From: an uncultured bacterium
GTDB lineage: Bacteria > Myxococcota_A > Polyangia > Polyangiales > Houyiibacteriaceae
Length of the DNA stretch: 39,825 bases
Assembly: GCA_937984275.1 (NCBI GenBank)
Contig: CALJYC010000074.1
Span: 1-39,825, forward strand
Direction of reading: 5' to 3'
The stretch's first letter is position 1. Each line of letters begins with the position of its first letter. Under the pieces are notes generated by a model. The model was not told where the DNA came from. It was given only the letters and a program-made list of their open reading frames with translations, and did no database searches. Shown here piece after piece: positions 35,134-39,825 of the stretch. A program made the translations under genes and the position numbers.

Positions 35134-36606
35134 ATGTCACGATCCCTGCCAACACATCCGGGGTGCATCCAGCCCCGTTCCTTTCGATTTGCCACGGTAG
35201 TCCCGGCCGTCCTGTGGTTGCTCGCCGCCTTCGGTTGCGGCGAGGTGACTTGCCCGGAGCCTCTGGGCAATGTCGACGGAACCTGCCAGGACGTGGAGCG
35301 CGTCACGACGGAGGCGCCCAAACCCGGTGTCGAGCGCTGCGACGGAAAGGACAATGACGGCGACGCGGAGGTGGATGAAGACTGGCCGGAGCTCGGCGAG
35401 GCCTGTGGCGAAGGGACGGGCGAGTGCGTCGAGGGTGAATACGTCTGCGCCGACGACGGGATGGGCATCGTGTGTGAGGGCGCGGCCGGGCCGAGCGATG
35501 AGGTTTGCGACGGAAAGGACAACGACTGCGACGGCACGGCGGACAACGGCCCCGAAGAAACGTGCGACGGCGAAGACAACGACTGCGATGGGCTTGTGGA
35601 CGAAGGCGTGCTGTCTATGAAGGAGGAGCCGGTGTTCGACGACCTCGCGAGCGTCGCGGCGGTCGATGGCGGGTTCGTGGTGACTCGGCGCGTGGGCGAG
35701 CGCATCTTCGCCGAGACGTATGACGAGCGGGGCCTCAAGACTGGGCTAGACGACCAGACCCCTTACCACGTAGCAAACCTGGATTTCCTCGAATCCGATG
35801 GCTTTGGTCGCGAGGTGTTGGTGTCGCTTGGCGTCTGGCGGGCCGACACCATGGCGATCGAGGTCGACCACTCACTCGCCCCTTTCATCATCGAGAAGCA
35901 GACGCTCCACGAGGACTGGGACAAACAGGGGATCCTCTCGTTCAGCACGCCGCCGTTCTACCCTCGGGTCGACGCTTCCGTTCGACGCGTCGTTGGCATG
36001 CTAGGGTCACTGGACTTCGGCGTAATCACCACCGGGCCGAGCAACATCCGAGGCTTCCTCAGCGCGCCAACATTGGTGCCGGGCCTGGATTTCGTTGACG
36101 GCTTCGCCAGCGACGGCCCGTACATCGTCTGGCCCGATGATGAGAACTTGCGAGCTGCCTTCTTACTCGACGACGGCCGCCTGGTGCAGGAGATCGACAT
36201 CGGCCGCGGTGCGTCTCCGAGCGTGAGCATCGCCCCTCCCGGCTTGGGGGTGGCATGGGTCTCCGGGAATGAGATTGGTCTGTCGGTGCTCCACGCCCTC
36301 TCGCTCCAATGTGCCGGCGGACCGTTGTGCAATTCGTCGGTTAGCGAGGATCAGCTGCTCGATGCTGCGCATGGTCCGACGGGGCTCGTGTACCACGAAG
36401 CCTCGAGCTCCTGGGTGGTCGTGGCCAACAGGCAGATCGTCGTCGTGGGTGCAGGCCCCTCGGGCATCGCGGTCAAGCAGGTCGAGCAACGTGGTGACGC
36501 CCCCTTCCCAAACCGCATCGACGCTGTGGTGAGCGGTCAGACCATTGCAGTGATGCAATCGTCGCTTTGGGGGGAGTCCGCCCTAACCTTTCTCGGGTGC
36601 CTCTAA
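35134..36606 (+). CDS. Lipoprotein with three CDGxDNDxDG Cys/Asp-rich repeats (myxobacterial MopE-like metal-binding-type repeat) and a ~330-aa C-terminal domain
   Basis: ATG 35134. Signal with lipobox VLWLLAAFGC. Repeats CDGKDNDGDAEVDED, CDGKDNDCDGTADNG and CDGEDNDCDGLVDEG. Confidence 0.8.
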   Translation: MSRSLPTHPGCIQPRSFRFATVVPAVLWLLAAFGCGEVTCPEPLGNVDGTCQDVERVTTEAPKPGVERCDGKDNDGDAEVDEDWPELGEACGEGTGECVEGEYVCADDGMGIVCEGAAGPSDEVCDGKDNDCDGTADNGPEETCDGEDNDCDGLVDEGVLSMKEEPVFDDLASVAAVDGGFVVTRRVGERIFAETYDERGLKTGLDDQTPYHVANLDFLESDGFGREVLVSLGVWRADTMAIEVDHSLAPFIIEKQTLHEDWDKQGILSFSTPPFYPRVDASVRRVVGMLGSLDFGVITTGPSNIRGFLSAPTLVPGLDFVDGFASDGPYIVWPDDENLRAAFLLDDGRLVQEIDIGRGASPSVSIAPPGLGVAWVSGNEIGLSVLHALSLQCAGGPLCNSSVSEDQLLDAAHGPTGLVYHEASSSWVVVANRQIVVVGAGPSGIAVKQVEQRGDAPFPNRIDAVVSGQTIAVMQSSLWGESALTFLGCL

Positions 36607-36614
36607 GAATCAGC

Positions 36615-38390
36615 ATGCGGTGGCTTGGTTGCGTCCTTGCTGCAGTGCTCGCTGCATTCACCGCCGCCCCGGCGTCGGCGGAGGGCGACCAAGCGGGCGC
36701 TTTGTCCGAATCCACGCGTTGGTTGGTGGTGCCTGCGCGTGGGGGGGCCTCCGACACCGCTGACGAGGGGGTTAGCGTCGAGGGGCTTCACAGGTCCGCG
36801 GAGGCGTTGCGCCAAGAGCTCGTAGTTCGTGGCCAATCGGTCTGGCGCGCCGATCGTGCGTCGGAGCGGTTCGAAGTCGTCGGTTCGGCACCTGCTCCGC
36901 AAATCAGCCAGAGCGACATCGATCTGTGGGTCGAGCGGTCGCGCGCGGCGGTGCGATATCTGGCGCGCGCGGACTACAAAGCGGCGAGGCGCGAGCTCAA
37001 GGCGGCGCAGCGTTTGGCCAACCGGGCAGCGGCCGAGCTCAATCGTGAAGCGGCCCGAGCACAACAGGTGCTCGACACGTGCCTGTTCATGGTGCGTGCC
37101 TACGTCGAGACCAAGAACGGCGCGGAGGCGCGTCGACAAGCGCGCGAGTGCAGGCGCTTGGTGCCGAGGGTCGAGCCTACTGCGTTCCGACACACGCCGG
37201 AGGTCAGGGAGCTCTTGGCCGAAGTCGACAAGGAGATGGCCTCGGAAGCTCCGGGGACGTTAGAGGTCCGGAGCACGCCACCAGATTGCTTGGTGCGAAT
37301 CAATGGCGTGGAGTTTGGGCGCACGCCGCTGTCGGGCATCGAGTTGCCGGTCGGGGCGTACCGACTGCAGGTCGAATGTGAGGAGGTGCATCGTGGTCGC
37401 ATCCACCGGGTCGGCATCGCAAGCGGCGAGAACGTGTTCGCGTTTGACGCGGCGCTCGAGCGTGCCGTCCACACGCGTCCGGTGCTTCACTTTGAATACG
37501 GCGCGCCGGCGGCATGGCGGAAGCGCATGGACCTCGCCCAACAGGTGGCGAGCATTCTCGGTGGCGCGAGCGTGTTGGTGGTGAGCGGTCTCAGCTCGAG
37601 CGTGGTGCGCGTCGACCTTAGCGCCGAGGGATACGAGGCCGCGTCGGCGTGGCTTGCAGTGCGTGATGGCGCGCCGGAGTCGGACGACGTGCGGCGGGCA
37701 CTCGATGCCTTGTTCGAGGGGCGCTCGGTGGATTTCACAGGCCCCCATCCGATCGCCCGTGCAAGCTGGCGAGCCGAGCTTGCACCGGGCGCGGCCGCGG
37801 GAGCGGCAACCGCAGCAGCGACGGAAGCCGAACCTGAGCCCAAGAAGGGTGTGCCGCGGCCCCGTAACCAACGAATCGCGGGGTGGTCTCTCTTCGGAGT
37901 GGGCGTGGCAAGCATCGGGGCAAGCGTTGGGCTTCACGCCTGGCGCGGTGAGCTCGGCGATCGATTCATCGAAGCGCCCGCCACCTTGAACGCGGCGCAG
38001 CGGTGGAACGATGTTCGCATCGGAGTGTGGACGACCGCCGCCTTTGGGGGAGCAGCAGCAAGCGCCGCCATGCCGCTGCTGTTGCCGGACTACGAGCGAA
38101 CGCCGTGGTGGGGGTGGACCCTCGGCGCGGTGGGCTTGGGGCTTGCCGGCTATTCGATTTACGAGGGGGTCACGATGACGAGCTGCCCCGAGCCGTACCT
38201 TGCTGACCAGGCGGCGGTTCGTGCGTGTGTCGCGCGTGGGCAGGAAGCGGGCCGGCTGGCGTTGGCGTTGGCCGGTGCCGCGCCCCTACTCACGATCCCT
38301 CTGGTGTATCTGTTTCGGCCGCTGCGAGCGGAGCCGTCGGTTTCCGTGACGGGGCAAGGCGCCGTGGTACAGGTTCGCAAAGTGTTCTGA
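36615..38390 (+). CDS. PEGA-domain membrane protein (signal peptide, helical region, PEGA, Ala-rich linker, C-terminal TM helices)
   Basis: ATG 36615 lies 9 nt after the previous stop. Signal MRWLGCVLAAVLAAFTAAPASA. PEGA-like LEVRSTPPDCLVRINGVEFGRTPLSGIELPVGAYRLQVEC. Several hydrophobic helices near the C-terminus, which ends RAEPSVSVTGQGAVVQVRKVF. Confidence 0.8.
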   Translation: MRWLGCVLAAVLAAFTAAPASAEGDQAGALSESTRWLVVPARGGASDTADEGVSVEGLHRSAEALRQELVVRGQSVWRADRASERFEVVGSAPAPQISQSDIDLWVERSRAAVRYLARADYKAARRELKAAQRLANRAAAELNREAARAQQVLDTCLFMVRAYVETKNGAEARRQARECRRLVPRVEPTAFRHTPEVRELLAEVDKEMASEAPGTLEVRSTPPDCLVRINGVEFGRTPLSGIELPVGAYRLQVECEEVHRGRIHRVGIASGENVFAFDAALERAVHTRPVLHFEYGAPAAWRKRMDLAQQVASILGGASVLVVSGLSSSVVRVDLSAEGYEAASAWLAVRDGAPESDDVRRALDALFEGRSVDFTGPHPIARASWRAELAPGAAAGAATAAATEAEPEPKKGVPRPRNQRIAGWSLFGVGVASIGASVGLHAWRGELGDRFIEAPATLNAAQRWNDVRIGVWTTAAFGGAAASAAMPLLLPDYERTPWWGWTLGAVGLGLAGYSIYEGVTMTSCPEPYLADQAAVRACVARGQEAGRLALALAGAAPLLTIPLVYLFRPLRAEPSVSVTGQGAVVQVRKVF

Positions 38391-39175
38391 TGTTCGCGTG
38401 GGGGCACAGGTTGGCGGTGGTTGCCACGTGGGTCGTCGTGATGGCGGCGGCGCCTGTCGGAGCACAGGGGTCGGTGTTGGTGGCGCCGGTGCAGGGGAGT
38501 GAGGCGGTTCGGGTGCAGCATGGGGAGCGAGCTCTGGGTGCCGTGCGGCGTGCGCTCGATGCGCGGGGTTATCGAGAATCCGTGTCGCAGGAATTGTTGG
38601 GGCAAGCGGTCGTGGCCTGTCAGACCCCGGAGTGCGCGGAGCAGGCACTCGATGCGGCCGGCGCGGCGTTTGCGATCGTGCCAGCGATGTGGTCACGGGA
38701 GAGCGGTGGCGAGGAGCTCACGCTGACGCTCGTGCAGAGGTCGGGGAGGAACCTCAATGCGAGTGGGGTGGTCGCAGATGACCTGTCGGGAACCGCCGTG
38801 GACTTGGTCGATGCGCTGTTGGCGCGAAGAGCAGCCACAATGCCAGAAGAGGCAGCAGCGAGGGTGTCAGCGCCAGTCGCAGCTCCGGGGCCAGCTCATC
38901 CTCATGCTTGGAAGGCGGGGCCGATCATCTTGATCGCGGGGGGCGCAGCTGCCGTCATTGCCGTTGGAGTGGCCGCTGGGATCAGAAACGACACCCAACA
39001 GCTCAATACGGGGGCAGTCGCTGCTTGGTCAGCGATCGGGGCCGCGGCGATCGCCGGAGGTATTGCCTGGTGGGTCGTCGGCGAGAAGCGCCGGCAGAGG
39101 GCCGAGCCCACGGGCGCCCTGGCACCCGCAATCGCTTTCCGCCCAACTGGCATTGACTTGAGGCTCCGCTTTTGA
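38390..39175 (+). CDS. Secreted/membrane protein with two C-terminal TM helices, translationally coupled to the PEGA gene
   Basis: ATG 38390 overlaps the upstream TGA (TGATG). Signal LAVVATWVVVMAAAPVGAQG. TM helices IILIAGGAAAVIAVGVAAGI and AAWSAIGAAAIAGGIAWWVV. Ends RAEPTGALAPAIAFRPTGIDLRLRF. Confidence 0.7.
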   Translation: MFAWGHRLAVVATWVVVMAAAPVGAQGSVLVAPVQGSEAVRVQHGERALGAVRRALDARGYRESVSQELLGQAVVACQTPECAEQALDAAGAAFAIVPAMWSRESGGEELTLTLVQRSGRNLNASGVVADDLSGTAVDLVDALLARRAATMPEEAAARVSAPVAAPGPAHPHAWKAGPIILIAGGAAAVIAVGVAAGIRNDTQQLNTGAVAAWSAIGAAAIAGGIAWWVVGEKRRQRAEPTGALAPAIAFRPTGIDLRLRF

Positions 39176-39189
39176 AAAAGGAAAGAGAC

Positions 39190-39825
39190 ATGAAGTGGGT
39201 CGCTTTCTTTCTTGGTGTTCTGACGCTGGCGGCCAGCTGCGTCTTGGAAGAAAAGTCGGTCATTCCTGAAGACGGCGGTGTCGAGGCGGGTGTGTGCGGC
39301 CTCTGCCCGCCAGACATGCCCGTCTGCAATGATGATTTCCAGTGCGTCGAGTGCACGGCCGAGCAGGACGCCTACTGCCAGGATGAGACACCGGTGTGCA
39401 AGACGGACGCGTTCGACTGCGTCCAATGCAACGCAAGCTCGGAGTGCGACGACCCCGACGCGGCGCGCTGCAACACGGAGACAAACGTGTGTGAGGGTTG
39501 CCAGGGCGAAAGCGATTGCATTGGCATCGACGGGCTCTCGAGATGCGAAGCCGGCACGTGCGTGGAATGCACGCCGGGCAGTGAAGGAGCCGACTGCAAC
39601 GGAACCAGTTGTGACCCAGCGACGTTCGCGTGTACGGGGACGGACGTGGGGAGTCGCGAGACCTGCGAGGAGTGCGTCGCGGATAGCGAGTGCGGTGAGA
39701 ATGGGAACGCCTCGGAAGCGCATCGGTGCGTAGAGATGTTCTATCCAGTAGGCGAGCGCTTCCCAGACGTCGAGACAGGATTCTGTTTGAAAGTCTTCGC
39801 GCCAGGTGAATGTGCGCAGCCCTAC
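39190..39825 (+). CDS. Cys-rich lipoprotein, 5' partial (runs off the window end); absent from the ORF track
   Basis: Hand translation from ATG 39190 (AAAGGAAAGAG upstream): MKWVAFFLGVLTLAASC (lipobox). At least five C-x-x-C-x(4-8)-C units follow (FQCVECTAEQDAYC, FDCVQCNASSEC, NVCEGCQGESDC, GTCVECTPGSEGADC, ETCEECVADSEC). No stop through 39825. Confidence 0.7.
   Translation, partial: MKWVAFFLGVLTLAASCVLEEKSVIPEDGGVEAGVCGLCPPDMPVCNDDFQCVECTAEQDAYCQDETPVCKTDAFDCVQCNASSECDDPDAARCNTETNVCEGCQGESDCIGIDGLSRCEAGTCVECTPGSEGADCNGTSCDPATFACTGTDVGSRETCEECVADSECGENGNASEAHRCVEMFYPVGERFPDVETGFCLKVFAPGECAQPY

Overview
High-GC bacterial chromosomal window, almost fully coding, with about 30 genes. Gene content suggests a Myxococcota-like (delta-proteobacterial) host, but this is an inference only: a membrane Ser/Thr kinase, a PEGA-domain protein, CDGxDNDCDG Cys-rich repeat lipoproteins and Gly/Ala-rich secreted proteins. 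I saw no rRNA, confident tRNA, CRISPR array, transposase, integrase or recognisable defence genes.

Housekeeping and metabolic genes:
- NAD-dependent DNA ligase (ligA)
- class I/II aminotransferase
- DASS/SLC13 anion transporter
- nitronate monooxygenase-like flavoenzyme
- 2H-phosphoesterase (LigT-like)
- steroid 5-alpha-reductase-like membrane reductase
- hybrid histidine kinase with REC and HPt domains
- L,D-transpeptidase lipoprotein
- TPR protein
- tandem-ACT (GcvR-like) protein

Features worth a second look:
1. An orphan glycyl-radical enzyme, its radical-SAM activase and a divergent AraC regulator (30.2-34.5 kb), with no linked pathway genes.
2. A 49-bp palindromic element present twice (17251-17299 and 26293-26341). 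The two copies share an identical core and differ by a double compensatory change in the stem.
3. A perfect 21-bp inverted repeat centred in the ACT/aminotransferase divergent spacer.
4. A divergently arranged pair: a ~980-aa alpha/beta-hydrolase + FATP-like acyl-CoA synthetase fusion, and a 621-aa protein with two DxxxD motifs in squalene/phytoene-synthase-like contexts.
5. A Ser/Thr kinase with an N-terminal ECF-sigma-like module.
6. A 58-aa zinc-ribbon ORF below the ORF-track length cutoff.
7. A four-gene operon of secreted/membrane proteins at the 3' end. Its last gene is open-ended and absent from the ORF track.

Many long ORFs in the track are antisense or off-frame shadows typical of high-GC DNA. 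The track also uses the most upstream ATG/GTG/TTG, so several starts were moved inward. All functional calls rest on motifs read by eye and need HMM/BLAST confirmation.
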